From NCBI GenBank assembly GCA_045125535.1, contig JBGVNK010000031.1, forward strand, positions 22,137 through 86,136: a DNA stretch of 64,000 nt, read 5' to 3'. Numbering within the stretch: the first letter of the stretch is position 1; each line of letters opens with the position of its first letter. The notes beneath the pieces were generated by a model that was not told where the DNA came from, ran no database searches, and saw only the letters and a program-made list of their open reading frames with translations. This document shows, one piece after another, positions 27,781 through 38,318 of this stretch. Made by a program: the position numbers and the translations under genes. The stretch is from Candidatus Cryptobacteroides sp. (lineage in GTDB: Bacteria > Bacteroidota > Bacteroidia > Bacteroidales > UBA932).

Positions 27781-30192
27781 ATGATTAAAAGATTAGCAAC
27801 AATTTTCATTGCATTAGTCGCCCTTGCGTTCTTTGCTGAACCTGCAAGGGCGCAGATGTCTGATGATGCGGTCTACAGTTATGTTGAAGACGGACTCGCA
27901 TCAGGCAAATCACAGGAGACTATCGTAAAGGAACTTGCCGCACGAGGAGTGACCAAATCTCAGGCTGAGAGGATCAAGAAGAGACTCGAGGACATGCACG
28001 GCACAACAGACGCTGTCCGCTCGGTAAGTGCATCAGACACACGTAGCCGCAAGCCAGGTCAGAGCCTTGACATAACAATGATTCAGGAGGAAATGGTAGA
28101 CAGTGTTGCAACAACAACTACCGAAGTGCCGGATTCACTTCAGGTCTTCGGACGTAATATCTTCAGCAACAGAAACCTTTCATTCGCCCCAAGCGAGAAT
28201 ATCGCAACCCCGGAGAACTACAAGCTCGGCCCTGGCGACGAAGTCATCATCGACATCTGGGGTACCAACCAGAACACAATACGCCAGACCATCTCGCCAG
28301 ACGGATTCATCAACATCGAAGGAATCGGCCTTGTTTACCTCACTGGAATGAAGGTCAAGGAAGCAGACACATACATGCGCCGTCAGCTCAACAAGATCTA
28401 CTCAGTAGATGGAGAAGACGCTCAGTCAGAGATCAAGCTCACCCTCGGAGCCATCCGCACCATCCAGGTGAACGTAATGGGTGAGGTTGCAGCCCCAGGC
28501 ACATATTTCCTTTCTTCTCTCTCAACAGTTTATCACGCCCTCTACAGAGCAGGCGGATTCAGCGATCTCGGTAGCGTACGAAACATCGAACTCATCCGCG
28601 ACGGAAAGAAGAAGGCCACAATTGACATCTACGACTTCATCGTAAAAGGTCAGTCACCAGATGACGTTACTCTTCAGGAAGGCGACATCATCCTCGTCCC
28701 AACCTACGAGTCTCTCGTAAGTGCATACGGAAAGGTAAAGCGTCCTATGATCTATGAGATGAAGGGTGATGAGACAGTTGCCGACCTCCTTGAATATGCC
28801 GGAGGATTTGCAGGCAATGCCTATAAGGTAAATGTAAATATGGAGCGTAAGAACGGCCGTGAGTACCAAGTATATACAGTGATGGAAGACGAGTACCCTA
28901 CATTCAAGGTGATGGACGGAGACGTAGTCACAGTCGGTACAATGATCGACCGTTACGAGAACCGTCTCGAGATCAAGGGAGCGGTATTCCGTCCGGGCGT
29001 CTATCAGTACAGCGACAGGATCCGCACAGTGAAGCAGCTTGTGGCAATCGCTGACGGTCTCAAAGGTGACGCATTCACCAACAGAGCCATCATCCAGCGC
29101 GAACGTCCTGACTACACAATGGAGACAGTCTCATTCGACCTCAAGAAAGTACTTTCAGGCGAGGCCGCTGATGTCGAGCTCAAGCCAAATGACGTTCTCA
29201 CAGTTTCAAGCATCCATGACCTCGAGGATGTTGGCTTCGTCACAGTTTACGGTGAGGTCGCAACTCCAGGTTCATTCGTATTTGCAAAGAACACCACTAT
29301 CGAAGACATCATCATGCAGGCAGGCGGTCTTCTCGAGTCCGCTTCAACTGTAAAGGTGGACGTAAGCCGCCGTATTAAGGATACACACGCTACAGAAGCA
29401 ACTGACACCTTGAGCCGCATCTACACCTTCTCAATCAAGGAAGGCTTTGTAGTTGACGGTGATCCTGACTTCATCCTCGAGCCGTTCGACAATGTCTATG
29501 TGCGTCGCAGCCCAAGCTACAACATCCAGAACCATGTACGCGTCGAAGGTGAAATCCTCTTCCCAGGCACATACGCGCTTTCACAGAAGTCTACAAGACT
29601 TTCAGACATCGTAAAGCAGGCTGGTGGAGCATCAGAATGGGCGTATGTAAAAGGCTCAAGACTCAGCAGAAGAATGACACCTGAGGAAAGAACCCGTATG
29701 CAGTCTACACTTGCAATGCTCGACAACACCAAGGATTCCCTCGATGTGAGCAAGATCGACATCGCCGAGACCTATTTCGTAGGTATCGACCTCGAAGCAG
29801 CTCTTGCAAATCCAGGCAGTGATGCGGACATCCTCCTCCGCGACGGTGACGTTCTCCTCATCCCTGAGTATCTCAACACAGTCAAGATCTCTGGAAATGT
29901 CCTTTATCCGAATGTGGTTTCTTACAACTCCAACATGACCGTAAAGGACTATGTCGACATGGCCGGAGGATACGGATTCAACTCAAAGAAGAGCCGTGCA
30001 TATGTAGTATATATCAATGGTACAGTGGCAAAGGCGAAGAAATACAGCAAGACCGTCGTTCAGCCAGGATGCGAGATCATCGTACCGCAGAAGATGAAGA
30101 AGGAAGACTCACTCCAGAAGATCCTCAGTGTGGCTACTACATCGTCATCAATCGCTACAATGCTCGCAACCATATATAATATTATAAGGTAA
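27781..30192 (+). CDS. polysaccharide export protein with multiple SLBB domains (Wza/KpsD-like)
   Basis: Signal peptide, YKLGPGDEVIIDIWG Poly_export motif, repeated V.GEV..PG.Y / AGG / L..GD SLBB units. Confidence 0.9.
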   Translation: MIKRLATIFIALVALAFFAEPARAQMSDDAVYSYVEDGLASGKSQETIVKELAARGVTKSQAERIKKRLEDMHGTTDAVRSVSASDTRSRKPGQSLDITMIQEEMVDSVATTTTEVPDSLQVFGRNIFSNRNLSFAPSENIATPENYKLGPGDEVIIDIWGTNQNTIRQTISPDGFINIEGIGLVYLTGMKVKEADTYMRRQLNKIYSVDGEDAQSEIKLTLGAIRTIQVNVMGEVAAPGTYFLSSLSTVYHALYRAGGFSDLGSVRNIELIRDGKKKATIDIYDFIVKGQSPDDVTLQEGDIILVPTYESLVSAYGKVKRPMIYEMKGDETVADLLEYAGGFAGNAYKVNVNMERKNGREYQVYTVMEDEYPTFKVMDGDVVTVGTMIDRYENRLEIKGAVFRPGVYQYSDRIRTVKQLVAIADGLKGDAFTNRAIIQRERPDYTMETVSFDLKKVLSGEAADVELKPNDVLTVSSIHDLEDVGFVTVYGEVATPGSFVFAKNTTIEDIIMQAGGLLESASTVKVDVSRRIKDTHATEATDTLSRIYTFSIKEGFVVDGDPDFILEPFDNVYVRRSPSYNIQNHVRVEGEILFPGTYALSQKSTRLSDIVKQAGGASEWAYVKGSRLSRRMTPEERTRMQSTLAMLDNTKDSLDVSKIDIAETYFVGIDLEAALANPGSDADILLRDGDVLLIPEYLNTVKISGNVLYPNVVSYNSNMTVKDYVDMAGGYGFNSKKSRAYVVYINGTVAKAKKYSKTVVQPGCEIIVPQKMKKEDSLQKILSVATTSSSIATMLATIYNIIR

Positions 30193-30197
30193 GAATC

Positions 30198-31289
30198 ATG
30201 ACAGAACAGAACTATAACAACATACCCGAAGAACAGGAAATCGACATCATGGAGCTCATCTCCAAACTTTGGAAGAAGCGCATGATGATCATCAAATGGT
30301 GCGTCGCAGGAGCCATCATCGGCCTTGTGGTTGGTTTCAGCATTCCTAAGACCTACAAAGCCGGAGCAACCCTCGCACCTGAGACAGAGCAGCGCATGGG
30401 CTCAGGCGTAAGCTCCATCGCCTCAATGATGGGAGTAAGCCTCGACAACAGCGTAGACGCCATCAGCGTAGAGATGTTCCCGGATGTAGTCGCATCCACT
30501 CCATTCATCTACGGCCTCTTCGACCTTCCTGTAACCTTTGAGCGTAAGGACAGTGTCATCACAACTGACCTCCTCGACTATATGCTCGAGTATCAGAAAT
30601 CACCATGGTGGTCATACGTTGTTCAGGCACCGTTCAAGGCACTCGGTTGGGTGATGTCCATCGGAAAGGAGAAGGAATCAGACGAACTCCCAGCTGAACT
30701 CAACCCTCAGAACCTTCCAAAGAAGGTGAGGGGAGTGGTGAAGTATTTCAGAGAAAATATTTCAGTTGTAGTAGATAAGAAAACTGGTAAGACAGAGATA
30801 TCACTTGAGATGCAGGATCCTCTCGTCGTAGCAACAGTAGTTGAGGCTGTAATGGAAAACCTGAAAGATTACATGTCAGACTACCGTACTTCAAAAGTAC
30901 GTCAGGATGTCGAGAACCTTTCATTGATATACGAGCAGCGCAAGCAGGACTACTATGCCGCTCAGCAGGCCTATGCCCAGTACGTCGACGGAAACCGCAG
31001 TGTAGCCCTCCGCAGCGCTCAGGCAGAAAGCGAAAGACTCCAGCAGGAGATGAACCTTGCCTACCAGGTCTACTCTCAGATAGCAACCCAGCTTGAAGCC
31101 GCACGCATCAAGGAGCAAGAGGCAAAACCGGTCTTTGCAGTCCTCGAGCCCGTGACTATTCCAAATCAGAGATCAGCTCCAAGCAAAGCCAAGCTCCTCG
31201 TGATCTTCACCTTCCTTGCCGGCTGCTGCTCAGCCGCCTGGGTCCTCTTCGGCGAAGACTACTGGAAAAAACTTAAGGAAAATTTGTAA
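30198..31289 (+). CDS. wzz: polysaccharide chain-length determinant
   Basis: EQEIDIMELISKLWKKR, N- and C-terminal TM helices, coiled coil, PVTIP..RSAPSK proline motif. Confidence 0.85.
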   Translation: MTEQNYNNIPEEQEIDIMELISKLWKKRMMIIKWCVAGAIIGLVVGFSIPKTYKAGATLAPETEQRMGSGVSSIASMMGVSLDNSVDAISVEMFPDVVASTPFIYGLFDLPVTFERKDSVITTDLLDYMLEYQKSPWWSYVVQAPFKALGWVMSIGKEKESDELPAELNPQNLPKKVRGVVKYFRENISVVVDKKTGKTEISLEMQDPLVVATVVEAVMENLKDYMSDYRTSKVRQDVENLSLIYEQRKQDYYAAQQAYAQYVDGNRSVALRSAQAESERLQQEMNLAYQVYSQIATQLEAARIKEQEAKPVFAVLEPVTIPNQRSAPSKAKLLVIFTFLAGCCSAAWVLFGEDYWKKLKENL

Positions 31290-31590
31290 CTAAAGGGCCC
31301 CATTGGGGATAATTAGTGAATTTTCAGGCACCCTATTGCCAGGGTGCTTTTGTCGTATAAAGCAGATTAAACTTTTTCAAGGCAACTACATTCAAGTCCT
31401 TGACCAAGCCATCAAAACCCTCAACGGCACAATAGCCAGAGAAAACAAAACCCAGCAGCATCCCGACAGTGTCCTGGCACTCCTACAAACCACCAACACT
31501 GCCACCCTCACCAAAGAACAAACCATGAGACTGCTGCTTATCGTGAGTGAGGTGATGTATAGAATAGAGAACGAATAATGTGTAGTGAGA

Positions 31591-32094
31591 ATGGAACAGT
31601 TTTTAGAAAAAATATCAAAGTATCATATACTCGTTAATCTAATACCAGGTTTAGTCTTTTTATATGTAGTAGATTTATTGGGTATCTATGATATGAATGC
31701 AGATAACCTTGTACAAGATTTCTTTGTAGGCTATTTTGTTGGTATGACATTAAGTCGTATTGGTTCCGTAGTGATTGAACCTATCTTCAAAAAGTTGAAG
31801 ATAGTAATTTATGCACCATATCAAGATTATTTACAGGCTGCATCTATAGATACAAAGATACCCGATCTACTTGAAGATAATAACATGTATCGAACATTTG
31901 TAGCAGCTTTAGTCATAATTGTTTTATTGGTAGTAGCTCATCAGATTCCAATTGTAAATTCATTTTTACATACAGGTTGGGCTGGAGTTGTCTTTATATT
32001 CTTACTGCTTATTTTATATGTATTAGCATATAGAAAACAGACATCTTATATAAGAAAGCGAGTTAATAAAGTGAATGGTAAACCTATTGAATAG
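31591..32094 (+). CDS. hypothetical multi-TM membrane protein
   Basis: About 4 TM helices; YHILVNLIPG, YFVGMTLSRIGSVVIEP, NNMYRTF; 2 bp from the next gene. Confidence 0.8.
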   Translation: MEQFLEKISKYHILVNLIPGLVFLYVVDLLGIYDMNADNLVQDFFVGYFVGMTLSRIGSVVIEPIFKKLKIVIYAPYQDYLQAASIDTKIPDLLEDNNMYRTFVAALVIIVLLVVAHQIPIVNSFLHTGWAGVVFIFLLLILYVLAYRKQTSYIRKRVNKVNGKPIE

Positions 32095-32096
32095 TT

Positions 32097-33038
32097 ATGA
32101 GTGTCGTTAAGTCATTTTCCTTCCCAAAAGGAGAAATTAGAGGTGATATGTTCTATATACAGCATGGCTCAAATTCATTCTCAGTTATAGATTGCTATCT
32201 TCTCTCGAATTCTAAACACAAAGAGAATAATAGACAAAAGGAGATAATAGATGAAATAATTGAGAAATCAGGTGATCGTATTCGTAGATTTATATCAACG
32301 CACCCTGACAATGACCATATAGCCGGAATTGAGGAACTTCTTAAACGTTGGGATACAACTAATTTCTATGCTGTAGATAATGATATACCCAGTGATACAA
32401 GCAATCCGAGTTTGACAAAGTATCTTGACCTCAAGCAGAATCACAATTTTGCTATAAAGAGAGGAATCACAAGATGTTGGTTGAATAATAGCAATGATGA
32501 GAATAGAGGATCGGGAATTTGGTTTGAATGGCCGTTACTTTCTAACGACAAATTCAAAGAAGCATTAGCTAATGTCTCAGAGGGTAAAGATGTTAACAAT
32601 ATTTGTCCAATATTTACATATTCAATTGAAGATGGTCCATGTTATATGTGGATGGGGGATTTAGAAACAGACATGCAGCAAGAATACTATGATACATATC
32701 ATGAGAACATCCCTCGTGTTAATATCTTATTTCAACCTCATCATGGTAGAAATAGTGCTTCTATCCCATCGGCTTTGCTGGAGAAATTAAACCCCCAGTT
32801 AATAATAATAGGTAATGCTCCAAGTGAACATATTGATTATGGTGATGCGAAGGTTACAATTACTCAAAATACATCAGGTGATTTAATGTTTGTTAATGAA
32901 GACGAGTATGTTCACATATATACTCAGAATGAAGTTGATAACAAACCTAAAGGCTTAATAAAAATATTCACTAAATATTTTTCTCCCGATAAACGAACAC
33001 CTAATTATTTAGGTAGCTTAAAGGTAGAAGATCGTTAA
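32097..33038 (+). CDS. ComEC/Rec2-type MBL-fold metallohydrolase
   Basis: [21 protein letters not shown] (HxDxDH), MGDLE, PHHGRNS; no signal peptide or TM segment. Confidence 0.85.
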   Translation: MSVVKSFSFPKGEIRGDMFYIQHGSNSFSVIDCYLLSNSKHKENNRQKEIIDEIIEKSGDRIRRFISTHPDNDHIAGIEELLKRWDTTNFYAVDNDIPSDTSNPSLTKYLDLKQNHNFAIKRGITRCWLNNSNDENRGSGIWFEWPLLSNDKFKEALANVSEGKDVNNICPIFTYSIEDGPCYMWMGDLETDMQQEYYDTYHENIPRVNILFQPHHGRNSASIPSALLEKLNPQLIIIGNAPSEHIDYGDAKVTITQNTSGDLMFVNEDEYVHIYTQNEVDNKPKGLIKIFTKYFSPDKRTPNYLGSLKVEDR

Positions 33039-33052
33039 TATACATACAATCC

Positions 33053-33967
33053 ATGAAAGGAATCGTACTAGCAGGCGGCTCAGGTACTCGCCTCTATCCA
33101 ATCACCAAAGGAGTAAGTAAACAAATTCTCCCTATATATGACAAACCAATGATATACTACCCTATATCAGTACTAATGCTAGCTGGAATTAAGGACATAT
33201 TGATCATCTCTACTCCATATGACCTTCCTGGATTCAAGCGACTATTAGGCGATGGAAGCGATTATGGAGTAAACTTTACTTATGCAGAGCAGCCTTCTCC
33301 TGATGGCTTGGCACAGGCGTTCCTCATTGGTGAAGAATTTATTGGAAACGATGCTGCGTGCTTAGTACTGGGAGATAATATCTTCTATGGTGGTTACTTC
33401 ACACCTATGCTCAAAGAAGCTGTAAGAGCATCTGAAGAAGATAACAAAGCAACAATTTTCGGTTATTGGGTAAGTGATCCTGAAAGATACGGCGTAGCAG
33501 AATTTGATAAAGAAGGCAACTGCTTGAGTCTTGAGGAAAAACCTCAACATCCTAAAAGCAACTACGCAGTACCTGGTCTTTACTTCTATCCAAACAAAGT
33601 CGTTGAGGTTGCAAAGAGTATAAAACCATCAGCAAGAGGAGAACTTGAGATCACAACAGTAAATCAGAGATTCCTTGATGACAAGCAGCTTAAAGTCCAG
33701 ACTTTAGGACGTGGCTTCGCATGGCTTGATACAGGAACTCACGATTCGCTCTCAGAAGCCTCAACCTTCGTAGAAGTAATAGAAAAGCGTCAGGGTCTTA
33801 AGATAGCATGTCTTGAAGCAATAGCATACAGAAGAGGATGGATAAGCGAGGAGAAGATGCGTGAATTAGCTCAGCCAATGCTCAAGAATCAGTACGGTCA
33901 GTACCTTCTCAAAGTAATTGATGAAAAGAAAAGAGAGATAGATTCAGATACACTAGCAAAAAGATAG
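33053..33967 (+). CDS. rfbA: glucose-1-phosphate thymidylyltransferase
   Basis: [56 protein letters not shown]. Confidence 0.97.
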   Translation: MKGIVLAGGSGTRLYPITKGVSKQILPIYDKPMIYYPISVLMLAGIKDILIISTPYDLPGFKRLLGDGSDYGVNFTYAEQPSPDGLAQAFLIGEEFIGNDAACLVLGDNIFYGGYFTPMLKEAVRASEEDNKATIFGYWVSDPERYGVAEFDKEGNCLSLEEKPQHPKSNYAVPGLYFYPNKVVEVAKSIKPSARGELEITTVNQRFLDDKQLKVQTLGRGFAWLDTGTHDSLSEASTFVEVIEKRQGLKIACLEAIAYRRGWISEEKMRELAQPMLKNQYGQYLLKVIDEKKREIDSDTLAKR

Positions 33968-33973
33968 AAAGAT

Positions 33974-35107
33974 ATGAAACGCAATATAATCATAACCGGA
34001 GGAGCGGGATTTATAGGAAGCCACGTTGTTCGCCTTTTCGTAAACAAGTATCCTGAGTATAATATCATTAATCTTGACAAACTTACCTACGCTGGTAATC
34101 TAGCAAACCTTAAGGATGTAGAAGATAAGCCAAACTACAAATTCGTTAAGATGGATATCTGTGACTTTGAAGCTTTCTATCAGCTGATGCAGGATGAGAA
34201 GGTGGATGGAATTATCCATCTTGCTGCCGAATCTCATGTTGACCGCTCTATCAAGGATCCGTTTACATTTGCACGTACTAATGTTATGGGAACTCTTGCT
34301 CTTCTTCAGGCAGCAAAGCTTTATTGGGAGAGCCTTCCAGAAAAGTATGAAGGAAAGAGGTTTTATCATATCTCGACAGATGAGGTTTACGGTGCATTGA
34401 GTATGAACCACCCAGAAGGAATTGAACCACCTTTTAAGACAGTAGCATCTTCAGAGGGTCACAAAGCTTATGGTGATGATTTCTTCTATGAGACAACTAA
34501 GTACAATCCTCATAGTCCATATTCTGCTTCAAAGGCTAGTTCAGATCACTTTGTAAGAGCATACCACGATACTTACGGTATGCCAACAATAGTGACCAAC
34601 TGCTCAAACAACTATGGCCCGTACCAGTTCCCTGAGAAGCTGATACCACTCTTCATCAACAATATCAGAAATCGTAAGCCACTTCCAGTATACGGAAAGG
34701 GCGAGAATGTTCGTGACTGGTTGTACGTTGAGGACCATGCTAGAGCTATTGATACCATTTTTCACGAAGGCCGTATCAATGAAACATACAACATCGGTGG
34801 CTTCAACGAATGGAAGAACATCGATCTTATCAAGGTCATGATCAAGACAGTCGATCACATCCTCGGCAACCCTGAGGGATACTCTGAAAGCCTCATCACA
34901 TACGTCACTGACCGCCTCGGACACGATGCTCGTTACGCAATCGACTCGACTAAACTTCAGAAGGAGTTAGGCTGGGAACCAAGTCTTCAGTTCGAAGAAG
35001 GCATCGAGAAGACAGTAAGGTGGTACCTCAACAACCAGGAGTGGATGGATAACATCACCAGCGGTGAATACGAAAAGTATTATCAAGACATGTACAAAGG
35101 ACGATAA
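33974..35107 (+). CDS. rfbB: dTDP-glucose 4,6-dehydratase
   Basis: TGGAGFIGS, DKLTYAGN, HLAAESHVDRSI, HISTDEVYG, SPYSASKASSD, NCSNNYGPYQFPEKLIP. Confidence 0.97.
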   Translation: MKRNIIITGGAGFIGSHVVRLFVNKYPEYNIINLDKLTYAGNLANLKDVEDKPNYKFVKMDICDFEAFYQLMQDEKVDGIIHLAAESHVDRSIKDPFTFARTNVMGTLALLQAAKLYWESLPEKYEGKRFYHISTDEVYGALSMNHPEGIEPPFKTVASSEGHKAYGDDFFYETTKYNPHSPYSASKASSDHFVRAYHDTYGMPTIVTNCSNNYGPYQFPEKLIPLFINNIRNRKPLPVYGKGENVRDWLYVEDHARAIDTIFHEGRINETYNIGGFNEWKNIDLIKVMIKTVDHILGNPEGYSESLITYVTDRLGHDARYAIDSTKLQKELGWEPSLQFEEGIEKTVRWYLNNQEWMDNITSGEYEKYYQDMYKGR

Positions 35108-35116
35108 TAGCTTATA

Positions 35117-36133
35117 ATGAAAATTCTAGTAACCGGAGGAGCAGGTTATATAGGCTCCCATACACTTATAGAACTATATGCTGCAGGGCATACCGCAGTA
35201 GTAGTGGACAACTTGAGCAATAGTAATCCTGAATCTCTTAGAAGAGTAGCAGAGATTATAGGGGTAGATAAGATTCCTTTTAATCAGGTTGACATTAGAG
35301 ATAAGGCAGGACTTGAGTCTGTATTTGCAGAGCACCACTTTGATGCTTGTATTCATTTTGCTGGACTAAAAGCTGTTGGTGAAAGCGTAGAAAAGCCCCT
35401 TGAATACTATGATAACAACATTGCTGGAACCCTTGTACTTGTTGAGGTAATGAGAAATCACGGTTGCAAGAATATTATTTTCAGTAGTAGTGCAACTGTG
35501 TACGGGGATCCTATAGAGATTCCAATTACTGAGAATTGCCCCAAGGGAGTATGTACTAATCCTTATGGTTGGACAAAGAGTATGCTGGAGCAGGTGCTGA
35601 TGGATGTTCAGAAGGCCGATCAAGAGTGGAATGTAGTTATTCTTCGTTATTTTAATCCTGTAGGTGCTCATGCATCTGGTAGAATCGGTGAGAATCCTAA
35701 TGGTATTCCTAATAACCTTATGCCATATATTACTCAGGTAGCAGTTGGTAAGAGAGCTGAGTTAGGTGTGTTTGGTAATGACTATCCAACTCATGATGGT
35801 ACAGGTGTGAGAGATTACATCCATGTTGTAGATTTAGCAAATGGACATGTTGCAGCACTAAAGGCTATTGAAAACAAATGCGGAGTTGGTATCTATAATA
35901 TGGGTACTGGACATGGCTACAGTGTGCTTGATATGGTAAACGCATTTGTTAAGGTTAATGACGTTGAGGTGCCATATAGCATTAAGCCTCGTAGAGCTGG
36001 TGACATTGCTACCTGTTATTGTAATCCATCTAAAGCTATGGTTGAATTGGGTTGGGAGGCACGTTATGGTATTGAGGAGATGGTTAGGGATAGTTGGAAT
36101 TGGCAGAGGGAGAATCCGGAGGGGTATAAGTAG
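35117..36133 (+). CDS. galE: UDP-glucose 4-epimerase
   Basis: TGGAGYIGSHT, HFAGLKAVGES, FSSSATVYG, LRYFNPVGAH, PNNLMPY, DGTGVRDYIHV. Confidence 0.96.
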   Translation: MKILVTGGAGYIGSHTLIELYAAGHTAVVVDNLSNSNPESLRRVAEIIGVDKIPFNQVDIRDKAGLESVFAEHHFDACIHFAGLKAVGESVEKPLEYYDNNIAGTLVLVEVMRNHGCKNIIFSSSATVYGDPIEIPITENCPKGVCTNPYGWTKSMLEQVLMDVQKADQEWNVVILRYFNPVGAHASGRIGENPNGIPNNLMPYITQVAVGKRAELGVFGNDYPTHDGTGVRDYIHVVDLANGHVAALKAIENKCGVGIYNMGTGHGYSVLDMVNAFVKVNDVEVPYSIKPRRAGDIATCYCNPSKAMVELGWEARYGIEEMVRDSWNWQRENPEGYK

Positions 36134-36172
36134 CTATAGAAAAAGATTTTAACAAGAAAGAATTCTAAAAAA

Positions 36173-37201
36173 ATGAATAAAACCGTACTTATCACTGGAG
36201 CAGCAGGATTTATAGGCTCCAACCTTGTGAAGAAATATTGCCAATCCCATCCCGAACACAATGTCATCGGAGTAGATAACATAAACAACTACTACGATGT
36301 TCGTCTCAAGGAAAATCGCTTGGAAGAGTTAAAGCAATACCCGCTTTTTACCTTCGTAAAGGGTAACATCGCCGACAAACAACTCATCGAAGACCTCTTC
36401 ACCAAGTATCAGCCGCAGATCGTTGTGAACCTGGCAGCACAGGCAGGAGTACGCTACAGCATCACCAACCCCGATGCTTATATAGAGGCTAACCTAATTG
36501 GTTTCTATAACATCCTTGAAGCTTGCCGTCACCACGAAGTGGAGCACCTTGTCTATGCCTCTTCATCTAGCGTCTATGGCAGCAACAAGAAGATACCTTA
36601 TAGCACAGATGATAAGGTGGATAATCCTGTGTCACTTTATGCTGCAACAAAGAAGAGTAATGAGTTGATGGCTCATGCTTATAGCAAACTTTATAATATT
36701 CCTTCTACAGGTCTTCGTTTCTTTACAGTGTATGGCCCGGCAGGCCGTCCTGATATGGCTTACTTTGGCTTCACCAACAAACTTGTGAAGGGCGACAAGA
36801 TTCAGATTTTCAACTATGGTAACTGCAAGCGCGACTTTACCTATGTGGATGACATTGTAGAAGGAGTATATCGTGTGATGATGAAGGCTCCAGTAAAGCA
36901 GGTAGGAGAGGACGGTCTCCCAATACCTCCTTATGCTGTATATAATATAGGTAACAACCAGCCGGAGAACCTCTTGGATTTCGTTACCATCCTTCAGGAA
37001 GAACTTATCCGTGCAGGTGTCCTTCCGCAGGACTATGACTTTGAGGCTCACAAGGAACTTGTACCTATGCAGGCTGGTGACGTTCCTATTACCTATGCCG
37101 ATACCACTGCCCTTGAACGTGATTTTGGATTTAAGCCAAGCACCAGCCTTAGAGACGGCTTGCGCAAGTTTGCTGAGTGGTATAAGGAGTTTTACGGATA
37201 A
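36173..37201 (+). CDS. NAD-dependent epimerase (UDP-glucuronate 4-epimerase-like)
   Basis: TGAAGFIG, LAAQAGVRYS, YASSSSVYG, SLYAATKKSNE, GLRFFTVYGP.GRPDMA. Confidence 0.92.
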   Translation: MNKTVLITGAAGFIGSNLVKKYCQSHPEHNVIGVDNINNYYDVRLKENRLEELKQYPLFTFVKGNIADKQLIEDLFTKYQPQIVVNLAAQAGVRYSITNPDAYIEANLIGFYNILEACRHHEVEHLVYASSSSVYGSNKKIPYSTDDKVDNPVSLYAATKKSNELMAHAYSKLYNIPSTGLRFFTVYGPAGRPDMAYFGFTNKLVKGDKIQIFNYGNCKRDFTYVDDIVEGVYRVMMKAPVKQVGEDGLPIPPYAVYNIGNNQPENLLDFVTILQEELIRAGVLPQDYDFEAHKELVPMQAGDVPITYADTTALERDFGFKPSTSLRDGLRKFAEWYKEFYG

Positions 37202-37262
37202 CGAAAAAAACGTCAGTTTCGAGTTAACAGTTAACACTATATAACTCCTGTTTAATGAGATT

Positions 37263-38138
37263 ATGACTATCAGCGAGAGTATAAAAGAGGTAATCATACT
37301 TCACGATAAGTACGATGCTGTAAAATATGATGATAAGAATCATCATGTAACAGAACTGATACGTATGTATCGTGATTGGCATAGCAAATCTTCTACACTA
37401 TTTTCTCGCTATCTTCCAGGCAATGATGCAGACCTTGTTAAATTCAAGGAATCGGAAAAAGGCAATGCATATGCATTAGCCTCTGTATTTGATGAACTGG
37501 AAACGACATTTCAATGTTTAATAGATAAATTGAAGAATAGTCCATACTGTAAACTTGAAATCCTGATAGAAGAGGGTGAATCAATAGTAAATGCAATTAG
37601 GTATCAAAATCCTCCTTCAGGAGTGTTTCGCACCTATGATGTATATATACTTTCCGATGAATCAGTTTATCGGGCATGGAAGAATAATTGTTTACGATTA
37701 ATTGAAGTTTATTTCAAACAGGCCAATGTAAGAGACGATTTTAAGGCAGCTGTTCAAAACTTTGAGAGATCTTATTATACGCCTAAGCACATGCACGATA
37801 TGATAGGCATTCTCAAGTCGTTGCTTGAGATTCCGTCAATACCAGTAGCAGAGACTCCCAAAGAATCTCCTTCACCAGTTTCACCTATTACATTGAATGT
37901 TGTCCAGAATCAGACACAGAGTCAAAATATAGAAATAAATATCTTCCTTGAATCTATCAAGGATGAATTAACAGGAAAACAATTTAAGGAACTCAAAGAG
38001 ATTGCCAACGAAGAACCAGATTCCAAGAAAGCCCAATCTAAAGTTTTAGATAAAATTAAGTCTTTCGGAGCTGATGTCCTTTCTAATATATTATGCAATA
38101 TCATAACTAGTCCTAATATTTGGACAGGACTGATTTAA
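37263..38138 (+). CDS. hypothetical protein (non-glycan insertion)
   Basis: 291 aa; two helical modules with Y..W motifs, P-rich linker, C-terminal NQTQSQ..IKDELTGKQ..KIKSFGADVLSNIL domain. Confidence 0.8.
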   Translation: MTISESIKEVIILHDKYDAVKYDDKNHHVTELIRMYRDWHSKSSTLFSRYLPGNDADLVKFKESEKGNAYALASVFDELETTFQCLIDKLKNSPYCKLEILIEEGESIVNAIRYQNPPSGVFRTYDVYILSDESVYRAWKNNCLRLIEVYFKQANVRDDFKAAVQNFERSYYTPKHMHDMIGILKSLLEIPSIPVAETPKESPSPVSPITLNVVQNQTQSQNIEINIFLESIKDELTGKQFKELKEIANEEPDSKKAQSKVLDKIKSFGADVLSNILCNIITSPNIWTGLI

Positions 38139-38273
38139 CAAGTCCTTTCGCGCCCATTGTCGGCAATGCGCCAAAGAGCGCTTCGGGAGATAAGAACCGC
38201 CTCAGCCGCCGAAACGGCAGAGGAAAATTACTATATCGATAGATTATAATGAAAATACTTGGCTGCACACCCT

Positions 38274-38318
38274 GAGACGTCTTGCACAAGTTTACTTAGT
38301 GGTATAAGGAGTATTATG
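38274..38318 (+). repeat. degenerate direct repeat of the epimerase 3' end (37152-37196)
   Basis: GAGACGTCTTGCACAAGTTTACTTAGTGGTATAAGGAGTATTATG versus GAGACGGCTTGCGCAAGTTTGCTGAGTGGTATAAGGAGTTTTACG, 39/45 identical by hand alignment. Confidence 0.85.

Noticed and set aside
31303-31578. 91-aa ORF between wzz and the TM gene
   Set aside because: TTG start and no recognisable motif; probably a 3' gene remnant, not supportable as an intact CDS.
32097-33038. Antibiotic-resistance metallo-beta-lactamase or competence ComEC
   Set aside because: No signal peptide, no class B beta-lactamase motif set and no ComEC membrane channel domain; only the fold is shared.
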